A stretch of DNA of 60,808 nt, filler included, from Bipalium vagum (Eukaryota), in NCBI GenBank assembly GCA_037834085.1. It is 3 parts of 3 records of this genome, joined end to end, with 100 filler letters (N's around TTAATTAATTAA, not from the genome) between each part and the next. Parts side by side here need not be neighbours in the genome. Positions count along the whole stretch, not along the records: positions 1 to 23,694 come from JBBMKC010206043.1; positions 23,795 to 39,301 come from JBBMKC010153970.1; 1 more part is not named here. The stretch is one strand, 5' to 3'. The position numbers were made by a program, and so were the translations under genes. This document shows positions 12,308 through 24,709 of this stretch, one piece after another; position 1 is the first letter of the stretch; each line of letters opens with the position of its first letter. Below the pieces are notes generated by a model. That model did not search any database, was not told where the DNA came from, and saw only the letters and a list, made by a program, of their open reading frames with translations.

Positions 12308-14710
12308 TAAATCTTGTTTTATCAAGTTTTAATTATTCTTGTTTTCTTTTTATTATGCATAATTATTTACTTTATATTTTAATTTATTATTACTAATATT
12401 TAATATTTTCATTATCACAGTTTTATTATTATCATTTTAAAACTATTATGAATTAATAATAATATTTATTAAAAACATCTATTACGCAATATCCATAAGT
12501 AACAATGTGCAAATTTAAATAATAATTAGAAAAGGCCCCACTTACCGTGCCACAGTAAATAAAACGTGACGGCCAATTGGTAAATCGACTGACCCCAAAT
12601 GTTCTTGATCATTCGTCGGCTGATTATCGGTTTTGTTCGGCCGTATGGCGCTCTTTCCAACAGTTCCTCAGTCGGCCTTTCTGTTGCCAAGGCCAAAGAT
12701 GCTAAAGTGTCCATAATCAAGTTGACCCATAACATTTGGACCGCTTTCAAAGGACTGTCCTGGAACAGAGAAAAATAGTTTGAAGATTGGACGTACATTT
12801 TCCATTAATTTATCTCAGTTTAGTGTCTCATCAATAGACTTCATTGAGTTTAACGATAAAAGTAATTAAAAACTGCAGTAGAATTTCGATTTTTCGCCAA
12901 TGACCCTTGGCGAAACAAAATCTGGACAAAGTTCGAATATCACTCTTAAACTTGGTAACTAAGGCAGAACACCGAACAAAAGACTTAAGTTTTATTCCAA
13001 CCAGCAGATGTAATACGACACTGTTTCATTGTTTGGATAACAGATTCTCGATTTCCTTTTTTGTCAAAAATTCTTTTTATATCTTTCTTAGCTGTATCAG
13101 GGTTTTTATCAAGAAAATCGATAACGCATCCAATTTGTGGAAACACATCTTGAAAACTCATTTCACCGATGACAGTGTTGCTGGAATATCTCTAATGGAT
13201 AGCTCAAAATCATCTCCTGACGTTTGACATCTCATTCCCATAACTCTACTGTCTCTTCATCCTCCATCCATGGTCCACTTATCATAAATTTAAATGCATT
13301 CTCATCGAAATTTGAATCCCTTTCAATATCGCTCATTCAAAGTCACTCTCTCTGTGTCATTTAAGTTAATCTTCCTTCTTTAAACCATTCTCGGTCCACT
13401 TTATCTTTACCTTCTACATTAATTGTTCCTGTTTGCTTCCATCAGTTTCTTTTCTAAGTGTTCTTCCAATTTCCTGCCAGTACAAGTCCATCCATTCAAC
13501 ACATTCCTTCCCATTCACTTTGCTGTCATTTCCTGTTGCATAATTACTGAAAAGATATCGACATGGTCTTTTGTAACCTTCTTTAAGGCTGCAATGATGC
13601 CAGCATCCAATGGTTGTAGACTCGATGTAAAATGTGGTGAGATGACAGAAATTTAACATTTCACAAAGATTTTCTTTCTTTGTCCATTATCCTTAAATAA
13701 AATTATTTTCCTATTTTTCCGTACCTTTTACGAATCTAAGTTTTCAAACCAACTTCGATATCATGCTCTTTTGAAAATTCTACCATGGTTATAGAAAGTT
13801 TATCACTCCGGGCTGCATCCGAGAGTCACTTTTCTTTCGATACTTTTGTGTTGGAAAATTTTGATTTTATGCAATGCATTTTGTGCGGTCTCAATTGATA
13901 ATAAAGAACGCCACCGTTCATATTATAAATAAATTGATGTTTATATACTTCGCAAATATCAAAAAGTTTCGATCTTTCATTTTCAATCATCACTATCACT
14001 TATCGCTACCTCTCCATGGAAAAGCTTATGCTTATCGATTACCTTTTCATAACATTTTATATTCACTGAGCTTAATATTGACTGAGATTGTTAGACCTAA
14101 CTTTGGACAGTAAGACCTGCTTTTGTTTTTAGAATAACAATATTTATTATAACATTTCGATTTCTTGCCAAAACCATCTCTAATATTTATTTTTTATTTT
14201 AATTGTTTACTTATTATTTATTGTTGATTTTATAATTTTTTCTAATTAAAAATTTACAATTATTTTTTATTTTATTTATGGATTTTGTTTATTTTATTAT
14301 TTTGCTAATTATTTTCAATTTTTATGATTCCAGGGATTTAATTTTTATTATTTATTGATTATTTTAATATTTATATTATTTATTAATGATAAATTATTGA
14401 TATATATATTTAATTAAAATTAGTAAATTTATTTTTTATTTGGTTCTTAATTTTTATTAATTATTGATCTTTTATGTTTTTTTAAGTCCCTTTATTTTTG
14501 ATTATTTATCAACTCGGATATGTTAAAAAAAACTATAAAATAGTTAAATGTTAATAAATTTCAGTTCTTGGTATTTTTTGCCTTTTTGCAAAGATGTTTT
14601 AATAATAAAAAAGAATAATGAATAAAAATAAAATTATTATTGATAAAGTCAAATAATTAATAGTGATAAAATATAAACATGATAAAATATTTATAAATAT
14701 ATAATATATA

Positions 14711-14780
<70 letters not shown>

Positions 14781-17700
14781 CGAGATCTCACTGTAATGAA
14801 ACAAGCACCAAGGAATGCCACAATCACAGCAACGACATTGACTGTCAGTTGAAATTGAAGAAATTTAGCGATAGAATCGTAAACGTTCCGTCCCCACATG
14901 ACCGCTTTGACAATACTGGTAAAATTGTCATCTGTCAAAATGATATCGGACGCTTCTTTGGCCACATCTGTTCCGGCAATTCCCATTGCAAAGCCAACGT
15001 CAGCTTTTTTCAATGCAGGTCCATCATTGGTTCCGTCACCGGTCACGGCTACGACTTCCCGGGTTCGGGTCAAATGGCTGTCAATTATACCCGACACAAG
15101 AATGTATTTATCTTGTGGAGAAGAGCGTGCCAAAACTCTCAATTTCGGCCAAATCTAGATTCGACAGAAAAATTAGACAGTATTTCCAAGGAACTGCTTT
15201 TCAAACCAGAACCGTAAGCCCGAATTTTAAATTGAGGAGAAAAGAAAATTTGAATTGCAATCCCAGTTTAGTCCTTTTTTTACAAAATTTACTTTTTCAC
15301 ATTGAAAGACACTTACAGTGAATAACTTTAGATAAAGAGTGATTTATTGATTAATTAATAAAAAAACATTTCCTCCATATTTTAAAACTCCATTTCCTTA
15401 AGTGTTTTAACGAACTGTTTTAATTAAATAATAATAAATATCGATTTGATTTGTATTAATATTATCAATTATTACATTTTTAATTTTAATTTATTATAAT
15501 TATTTATTGTTTTTCATTTATTAATATTTTTATTTAACTGATATATGATTTTTATTTTTTTTAATTTTAAGTATAAATATTTTTTGTATATTTGGTCATT
15601 TTATTATTAATCATTATGAAAATTGTTAATATATATATATATGTATACAAAAAATTTAATAACATTATTATTATTAAAATAATGTTAAAAAATAAAATAT
15701 TAATAATAATTTTGCAAAAGGATATCAATGAAATAAGACATGAAACCAAAAGTAGAGAAAAAGAAATCAAAAGATAGATGCCAAGATGAGAGAAAGAAAT
15801 CAAAAGATTACCTGATCGATAAGTTCCTGACTTACATTCCCTGTTTTTGGATCCCTAATTCTTTTGTTGAACTCTTTACCTTCCAAAACGAGAAAGTCAT
15901 CACCAGGATTCAGAATGCCGCATTTGATGGCAATGGAACGAGCGGTATTGATGTTGTCTCCCGTTACCATACGCACGGTGATGCCGGCTCGCTGACACTT
16001 TTTGATTGCAGGTGGAACCTCAGGGCGAACCGGGTCTTCAATCCCAACGATTCCCAATAGAGTGAGTCCAGAGATCAATTCTTTCTCGTCTTCCAAATTC
16101 AACTTTTCATCATACAACCCCTGTGGACCGCCACTTTCTATGGCCTTCGGTGCTAAAACAATAAAAATAGGAGCAAAGATCAACTTGACCATTTGAATAA
16201 AAATTAATCTATTAAAAAATCCTAATTTTTAATTGATTTCTTTCTTCTTTTTCTTCTCTTTTTTTCTATTCCTCTATTTCTCATTTCCTCTCCCTTACAC
16301 TTTTTCCCTCTTTTCTCCTTCACCTTTTATTTTCCCCTTTTTTTCCTTTTATTTTTCTTTTCTGCCTCTATTAATATTTTTCATTATCTTTCTCCTTCCA
16401 ACTCCTTTTCTATCTGATTCACCTTTACTCTCTCCCTATTACTCTTCCTCCTTCTCTCCCTCTCCTCCTCCCATCTGTGATACAACCAATTAAAAATAAT
16501 TATACATTTCACGAATTCCTTGTACGCCAATCCGATTGTTCTCAGCCCATCACTAGCCATTGGTTCGATGACCTTTTTCACCAAATGATCAATATCCGCC
16601 CCACTGAACGGTTTTATATTTCCTTTTTTAGAAATGACAAAAGAGCACCTGAAAAATAATTAGAAAAAAATTAAAATTTGACAGATTTATAATTGATGCA
16701 AAAGAAAACAAAAAAATGAGAGTAAATGAAAAAAATTAAGTTATAAAAGAAATTAGGGACAGTTTCGATAGAAAAAAGAGGTAAGGCCAATAAATGATTT
16801 CAAAAAAATAAATGGCCGATAATAAAGAAGACTAAACATTAGGAAAATTACGAAACAAGAAAAGGGAGACAGTCATAGATTGAAGAGGAAAAGCCGAAAC
16901 ACAAATTGAGAAGAAGAAAAAATCGATGACGAAAAAAATTTGGTTTTAAAAAATGAAAGAAAATAGGATTAAAGAATAAAAAAAAGAAAAAAACTAAAGT
17001 TNNNNNNNNNNNNNNNNNNNNNNNNNNNNNNNNNNNNNNNNNNNNNNNNNNNNNNNNNNNNNNNNNNNNNNNNNNNNNNNNNNNNNNNNNNNNNNNNNNN
17101 NNNNNNNNNNNNNNNNNNNNNNNNNNNNNNNNNNNNNNNNNNNNAATAAAATGTAAGAAAAAAGGATTATTAAAAATACAGAGGGAAAAAGTAACAAGAG
17201 AAAGAATAAAAAGGTGGTCGGAAAACATTAGTATGATGAAGAGAGAAAAAATAAAACGATTTTCAAAAGTCTTAAAATAAAGTTAAAGTCAAATATGCAG
17301 ACAACGTTAATCGATAAAAGACCAATCAAAAAGTTAAAAAGGTAACAAAAAATATCAATGTAACTTTTGAAAAAGAAAAGGATCTAGAAGAGAGGAAAGA
17401 AAATTACAAAAAGGTTAATCTAAAAAGGAAGAGAAATAAATAAAAAGTTTTAATTCAAGACATAGTTTGAAAAAGATCTGTAGAATGGAAAAAGAAGTGG
17501 TAAGAGAAAGAAAGAAAAAAGAGATTGGAAGGAAATTCGTTACAGAGACATACTTGGTGAGAATAATTTCCGAAGCTCCTTTAGTGAACAAAACCAGTTT
17601 CCCTTCATCTTCAATAATTGTGCTCATCGATTTTCGCACGGAATTAAAAGTATAAACTTTGACTAGCTTTTCCTCGGGCCACTGGTTTCTCAGTTCATTA

Positions 17701-20700
17701 TAATCTCGTTTCAATGGACCATTAACAAATCCCAGTAAAGCACATTCGGTCTTGTTGCCGATTTGTGATGGCAATTCGTTGGCATGGCGACTGGGCTAAG
17801 ATGGTTAATGAAAATTCATGGACGCATGAGTGACAATAGAGAAAAAATAACAACAGACAAATACCATCAGTCGTGACGTGTAGCTGCTGTTGACGGAAAT
17901 ATTTTTCGTCAACATGTCGGCCAGATTGAACGTCAATTGCTCAAACGAAGGCAGGTGTTGGCGATAATGTGTAGCGTTGAAATATGCTTGCACCACCGTC
18001 ATCCGATTGGTTGTCAAAGTGCCCGTCTTATCGGAGCAAATAACGGTTGCGTTGCCCATAGTTTCACAAGCGTCGAGATGTCGAACCAAATTATTATCCT
18101 GCGAAATCGATCAATTTTGTAATGGATTAATTCAATAAATAATACAAAATACAAATAATAATTATTAAATAACAATGGATTTGATTGATTAAGTGTAAAA
18201 AAATTCCAATAAGAAAATTAATCTACCTTCATCATCTTTTTTACAGAATATGCCAAGGAAATGGTCACGGCCAGCGGTAATCCTTCGGGAACCGCTACTA
18301 CAAGCACAGTGACACCGATAATCAGAAAGTTTATCATTGTCTTCAAATGATCCATTTTCCACGATTGTCCTTCCAGATAATAGGTTGTGACGCAAAACTT
18401 GATGATCAATATTGTTACGGTCAAAGAAGCGACAATTGTTCCTGCAATGAGAAACGATTTTGTCAATTCTGTCCAGCTCTGTGTTGTGTGATCAAAGAAC
18501 GGAAAAGAACATTTTTCAGTGATTGAAGAATGGAGAGGGAAATATTTCGTACAAAGAAAAGAAAAAAATAGTTTAAAATTAAAAAATAAAAATATAATAT
18601 ACTTTAAGAAATGTCTTAAAGAAAGATATGTGAATGAAAAAAAGAAGAAATAAAGAAAATTAAAACGTTAAGAGAAATATCGATTAAAAAGAGACAAAAT
18701 ATGAAAATCTTGTTAATTTTATTTTAATTTTTTTAATATTTTAATTGATATTTTATTTTTATTTTAAAATATTTTTTATCTTTTAATCAATTCATCAATA
18801 AAAACTTTTAATATTATTTTATTTCTTTCTTTTTATTAATATTTAATTTTATTAATTTACTTTTACCAATATTTTAAAGGTTTATGGTGTTTATAAGCTC
18901 TTAGCACAAATATATATTTTTATATTTATCATTAATACGTTAAGTTTAGTTAATTATAATTTTTAAAATTATTTTATTATTTTTTTATTGAGCTTATGAG
19001 GTGTTGATAGAATTCAAATAATATTTCATTTATCATTTTTGAAATTATTTTTTTATTAATATTATTATTATATACAATTTAAATATGAAATTTTAAAAAT
19101 TACTTTTTAAAATAATTTAATTTGTATTGTATTTTAATTTTCGCCTCTTGGCCGATTTTTAAAAACTTTTTTATTATCTAATAAATTAATTTTAATTAAA
19201 AAATATATTTTTACTTAATTATTTTTTAATTACTCTTTTCCTTTGTCTTTAGTTATTTCAGTTCATTTATTTAATATTATTAAAAGTCAATTTTTTAAAG
19301 ATTTTATCTATTTTTTAAAGTTTAACAGTAAATATTTCAATTGAACAAACCCTAAAACCTTTACTGCACTCTTTGATTCTAACCAATAGAAAGTTGACTT
19401 TATTTCCCAATTAGTTTCTCTTAAAAACCAGACACATTGAACGAAATTGTAAACCGATTTCAAAAGCTTGATTTTTATTAATGTCCACCTGATGCCCTCC
19501 ACGCAAGTTGTCAAAATCAATTATTAAGAAACTTGTGTCGCTCAGTAAAATTGACAAAGTTTGATTTGTTTATTTCAAAAGAAAAAAGAATTTCGAAAGG
19601 AAAAAAGAGGTTTGAAAGAAAGAGCGAAAGAACGAAAGAAATTTTAACATTATCGAGCCAAGATTGACATTTAGTGATTTTTGATAATGTGAAACGAAAA
19701 TGTCATGCTACAAATCTGACGGAAAAGAATGACATTTTATTTACTGCGATAAAATTAGTATTAATAATGGCAATAAAATTGTTCACAAACACTAGGAGAA
19801 CGACGATAATCAGCGAAGAATGTCAAGAATCCAACGATTTCAGTTCACTGACCCCCAGGTGTCATCACATCGTAGGATTAGGGCGCGCGTACTTGTTTAA
19901 ACTAATAATAATAATTTACAAATCAATCTTTCAATCATTTGTCGTTTGGAAACCAAAAATTCTAACGGAAGATTGTGAAAAAGAATTGTGCACTAAATAA
20001 AACGGAAGAATCTCATCTTTTTTTTATAAAATTAACCAAATTTTCTTTAAAAACCAATTTTTCGCCCAATTTTTTCACAAAAAATTAATCAGTTATTATT
20101 TTATTTTCTTTTTATTAATCTTATTTGTGAGATAAATTAAAAATTAGTCGGGGGATTCATTTTCAACTAACATTATTGATTTTTTTATTATTATTTATTT
20201 TTCTTATTTTTCTTATTATTATTGGAATCCACAGTGAAATCCACAGTAAAACTGGTAAAAAAAACCAGTCTGATCAAATTCAAAATCAAAATCCAAAGAT
20301 TCCAAATGAACCTCAGGAGTTGATGGAGAGTGACGACAGCTCTCCGAAACTTGTTATCGACATCGGAAACATTTGATTTAATATTTGAAATTTGATTTGA
20401 ATTTGAATTTACATTTTACATTGATGTGCATGAAAAGACTTCTTAACGCATACTATCTTTATTTTTATATCTCTGAAGAAAGAATGTGATTTTGTATTTT
20501 ATATTGTTAAAATAATATTTAAATAATTAATAAAATTATAAATTATAAATCATTTTTAAAATAAATTAAAAGTTGATTAAAAGTGGAGTTAGATGTTAAT
20601 TAAAATATTAACTCACGTGAATAATCATTATTATTATTATATAAATTAAACAATTTACTATAAATAAATGTCGTGGAAGTAGGGTTACTAAATATAGTAA

Positions 20701-23241
20701 GTTCTATAGTATAAGAACTTACTTAAAATAAAACCGCCCACACATAAATTTATATTTAGTAAGTTTGAATAGAGCCAATGAGAATATATAAGCTCCTGGT
20801 TTTCACATTCGAAACGCCCTTAATCAATCTGAGAATACGCATATAGCTATTCAAGTTAAAAGATATTTAAGACGCCGGTAATAATAATATTTTTAATAAT
20901 TCCAAAGTTGTTTAATCGATGGAGTTAAACTTATATAATTAATTAATTAACATTTGTTTAGTGATAGAAGGAAATTCTTCCCATCACTAACTTTTTAATA
21001 TTTTCTTTATTCTTTTTTATTGTTCTCTCGCTAATTCGATTCTGCTTCGCTCTAGAGACAGGATATGCATTTTTGTTAACAGGACTTCTCTGACTATCGT
21101 AAAGTCAAGATGATATTTCCATTAATTAAATAATTGTGTGTAATTTTGAATATTGTTTGATTGAATAGATTTCTAACCTTGTATTTGTGATAGCAAATAT
21201 ACCTTATTTTATTAATAGCTTTGTTTATTCGTGAGTTTTCTATTATTTACACTTCCTTCGAGGGAGTTGGTGAGTCCAGTTGTAAGCGACCCTTGTAACA
21301 GTTTAGCTTGCGACCTAGACCGTAACATTATTAATTATTATTATAATATTAATTAAAAATCTTAAACTAAAAAATTGAGTAAAAGTTAAAGGTATATTAA
21401 ACGAATTTCTAAAATGTCAAATTAAAGTAAATTTTTAGAATAAAATCATAGAGACCAATAATTAAAAAAATCTGAAAAATCAGAAATTCATACATGTAAT
21501 TCGACAATAATGTCATACAAGTAAAAGTTTTTTAAAAAATTTTTTATGAAGATATCGCAATTACTAAAAATTATTATTATTTATTAATATTAATACTATT
21601 TTTTTTATTTATCCAAATCTCACCGATTTGCCCAATTGTACTTGCCAACTTGTTCAATTTCACTTGTAGAACGGAACCCTTCTTTTTTGTGAAACGTTTC
21701 TTCTTTTCCGACTTTCCCATATCGTTTAACTCTTCAGATTTGTTTCCGTCACCACTGGCCAAATTGTTCAGATTTTGATTTGAACTGTGTCCCTGGGCTT
21801 GGTCCTTCTTTCCGTCAGTTAATTTCAGCAATTCAACTTCTGCAAAATAACATATTTTTGTCACGGGAAATATATTCGATTTTGATTTTGTTTTTTCACA
21901 TTACTTTCTTTATCACCACCTTGAATGGATTTGAATTTCAAAGTTGTATCAACATTTTTTTCCGATCCGATTTTCACGGAATCTCGACTGGACTTTTTAG
22001 TGTCTCCGGTATCTTTTTTATCTTGATCCGTTGCTCCGAGTAAAGAAAATATGATACCGGCTTGTGAGTTTAGACCCACAGCAGTGACCAGGATTTTAGC
22101 CGAACCTTCCATCACATGAGTGCCTTAATCAACATAAAAATCGGAAATCGATCGCTTTTGACATTTTAATATTTTTGATAAACACGTTGAACAAAAACAA
22201 TCAATGGGAAAATGTCTAACAGTCAGAAATGCATTAATTCTATAAATCTTAATCAAACACCGAAGATTTTATTGAGATTTTAACGATTTAGAAAACTTTT
22301 AGACGTCAGACTGTCATATAAGCAATAATTGATCTTCATTTCACAATTTCAAACACAATTGATTTTTTCTCTGCATAATGTATAACAATGACTTAACCAT
22401 CACTTGTTTCAAAAATCAATAGAAATATTCCAACCTCAATTCTTCTTTTGGAAAAAAAATCAAAAAAAAGAATTGATAAAATATTAAAATTATGAAAACA
22501 GAAAATTCAATTTTAAAAAATATGTCGAATGTTGAGAGAAATTTCAAAATTATTGGCATATTTTTCTTTTATATTACTCGTTGATTTATAGAGAAGATAT
22601 ACAATATTTTGATATTTTTGATTTTCTCAATTTCCTTTTAGGAAACATTTAATGGCTTAATTATCAATTTCAGTTTATGACTATTTTCAACAAATTATTA
22701 TTGATTTTTTTAATTAATTTTATTACTGTCATTATTATTATTATAAAATTGCAAAATGCACCTGATAGCATCATCGGGTCGGTATCAACACCTTTTTTCA
22801 CATGGTCAGGCTCTCCTGTCAGAGAACTTTCATCTATTTTGACATCGTTACTTTGGATAATAACGCCGTCAGCCGGCATCAAGTCCCCTACAGAGAAAGT
22901 GAAAAATAATGAGAGATGGACAGAGAAAGAGTGAGAAATAGAGACAGGTCACGGAAAATGTGTAGCGAAAATAATTAATGGAAAATTGTTACCATATTTC
23001 ACTTGACAGATATCTCCAACAACAATGTCACCGACAATTATTTCTTTAACAACTCCTCCACGGATAACAGAAATTTTGTGATTTCCCTCAATTTGGTCTT
23101 GTAAGCCACGAAACTGACGCTCCTTTTGCCAATCATTGAATGCCGTTACCAGAACGACGACTATTACCGCAACGAGAATGGCAACGCCTTCGATCCAACT
23201 GGCATCACCTTCAGTACTATCGCCGTGACTTGAACCACTGA
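8531..23241 (-). CDS. ATP2B: Plasma membrane calcium-transporting ATPase (P2B/PMCA), 5'-truncated at contig end; isoform using the distal last exon
   Basis: Exons (-): 23241-22993, 22887-22762, 22123-21905, 21839-21624, 18441-18227, 18098-17865, 17795-17554, 16648-16506, 16152-15812, 15154-14792, 12759-12546, 12191-11974, 11873-11766, 10960-10724, 8659-8531. Motifs [35 protein letters not shown] (phospho-Asp near 18030), [42 protein letters not shown], and CaM-binding [14 protein letters not shown]|IRVASAFR. The N-terminus and TM1 lie beyond the spacer. Confidence 0.96.
10075..10407 (-). CDS. Putative alternative terminal exon of the PMCA gene (a-type C-terminus, ~110 aa)
   Basis: GC-rich open frame inside the last PMCA intron, preceded by acceptor gattgcag| (10408-10410) in phase 0 with ...LQTQ|. 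Encodes KNSFQPDLD...[12 protein letters not shown]...SCESIDEN*. Other nearby AGs exist, so the exact acceptor is uncertain. Confidence 0.6.
   Translation of the reverse strand, partial: KNSFQPDLDNRNDIVYGRVRRFTLAQIDDGIEPLQAAARRRQSSCIATQNNERRINITEPEIQRFKLPNLKYECRTMKEKNHLSSCSSPQLASGFTGSGPVLSCESIDEN
12235..12307. repeat. (ATT)n microsatellite
   Basis: About 24 perfect units in a PMCA intron. Confidence 0.95.
13200..14110 (-). mobile_element. Degenerate pogo/Tigger (CENP-B/DDE_1) transposase in a PMCA intron
   Basis: Fragments [39 protein letters not shown] and [22 protein letters not shown] (pogo PP.TS.LQPLD.GII motif). Boundaries approximate. Confidence 0.75.
14714..14778. repeat. (AAT)n microsatellite
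   Basis: About 20 units just inside a PMCA intron donor. Similar tracts lie at ~9597-9640 and ~34558-34598. Confidence 0.95.
17002..17144. other. Ordinary scaffold gap (143 N) in a PMCA intron
   Basis: N run without the linker; PMCA exons on either side join in frame (..ILTK|CSFV..). Confidence 0.95.
20669..21327. mobile_element. Candidate solo LTR in a PMCA intron
   Basis: ~660-bp block of higher complexity bounded by TGTCGTGG..CCGTAACA, with an internal TATA-like gaatatatataag. No clean target-site duplication. Confidence 0.3.
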
Positions 23242-23694
23242 CTGAAAATTAAAAATATTTTTAAATATAGATTTTCTGGGAAATTGGCAAAATTATATTT
23301 CGATCACTCCATTTATGATTTTTTTTAACATTTTCCAAACCAAAATAAATATTTTTTCCATTTTTTCGGGATACGTTAATATTTTTTGAACTTTCAAATA
23401 ATCAGTTCAAATATTTTCCATTTCGATCAATAGAAATATCAAATTTAAAATATGAGCTTTTTATTCTATAAAAGAGTATGGTAAAAGATAATATTAAATT
23501 TATATTTCATTTTGAAACTTTTGCACTCATGATAACTACTTCTACTTCTAATAAAATAAATTAATAATAAAATACGAATTATATAATCATCCTTTTAATT
23601 GCCTCCTGATTTTTACTTTTCTCAGATTATACATTCAACTATTTTTACTTCCCTCTGAGGGGAAAGTAAAAAAGATGACCCCTATTATTATTAT

Positions 23695-23794
23695 NNNNNN
23701 NNNNNNNNNNNNNNNNNNNNNNNNNNNNNNNNNNNNNNTTAATTAATTAANNNNNNNNNNNNNNNNNNNNNNNNNNNNNNNNNNNNNNNNNNNN
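23695..23794. other. Artificial contig-joining spacer
   Basis: 44 N + TTAATTAATTAA (23739-23750; palindrome with stops in all six frames) + 44 N, exactly 100 bp. Confidence 0.97.
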
Positions 23795-24709
23795 CAGTCG
23801 ATTCTTAATATAAACATATTTAACGCAACCTCCGATCGTTACACTCTCTAAATCCTTCTGATATCTAAAAGCTATTTTGTGTTGAGGTTTAGTAAAGTGA
23901 ATAGAGGTAAACAAAACCACTCAAAACCCCAACAGATGTGATGAGACAAACCTTTTTGATGTTTCGTTTTCTTTTTAGATTTTTTCTTCGTTGTATTTTT
24001 ACGAAAACATGTCTGATAGTTCCCTTGATTTTTTTCTGAGTTTATTACTTTTTCTTTAAAAATGTAATTCTTCTTTTATTTTTATTTTGTCCTCTTTCAC
24101 ATACACTTGCAATGATCAAACGTATTTCTAAATATAAACCAATTAAATTCATAACCCAAACTTTGTTATATAAATATGCATTAAAAGCTTATGGCGTGAA
24201 ATAAATTATAAATGATTATAAATACATTTTAGTATCTGAATGTTAATAAAATCATTGGTATATTATTCATTTGCTTTTTTCCATTTAATATTTATTTTTA
24301 CATTAAACGAAACTAAAGCCAAAAAATATTTATATTTGGCATAATTAACAAATAAAATAATAAATTAAAAATTGTTTAAAAACCTTATGTTTTACATTTA
24401 AAATTCATTTTTATGAATACTTGATTAAAGTGTTTTTGCTGGTATATTAACAAATCCAATCAATGTTTAAAATAATTCTAAATCATCTTTGAAATTGGTA
24501 AATTAAATTAATGAAATCAACTATTATATTCTATTAAAATCTAAAAATATTTTAAAGTTTTAGTACATTATTGACAATTTAACATTTTTTTAAAAATAAC
24601 TTAAACATTTAATTATAAAAATATTTTTATTTGAATAAATTAAAATATCAACTTAAATTGGCGCATATTAAAAAACTTTATTTTTAAGAATTTCTGTTTA
24701 TAATTAATT

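Noticed and set aside
11999-12396. Poly-Ile, poly-Tyr and poly-Leu ORFs (also the tail of 14657-15142)
   Set aside because: Read-through into (ATT)n microsatellites.
23642-23672. Hairpin tttttacttccctc-tga-ggggaaagtaaaaa resembling an intrinsic terminator
   Set aside because: Eukaryotic intron next to a contig end; likely a repeat end, with no further support.
23739-23750. TTAATTAATTAA palindrome as a regulatory or homeodomain site
   Set aside because: Flanked by exactly 44 N on each side in both occurrences; a synthetic linker.
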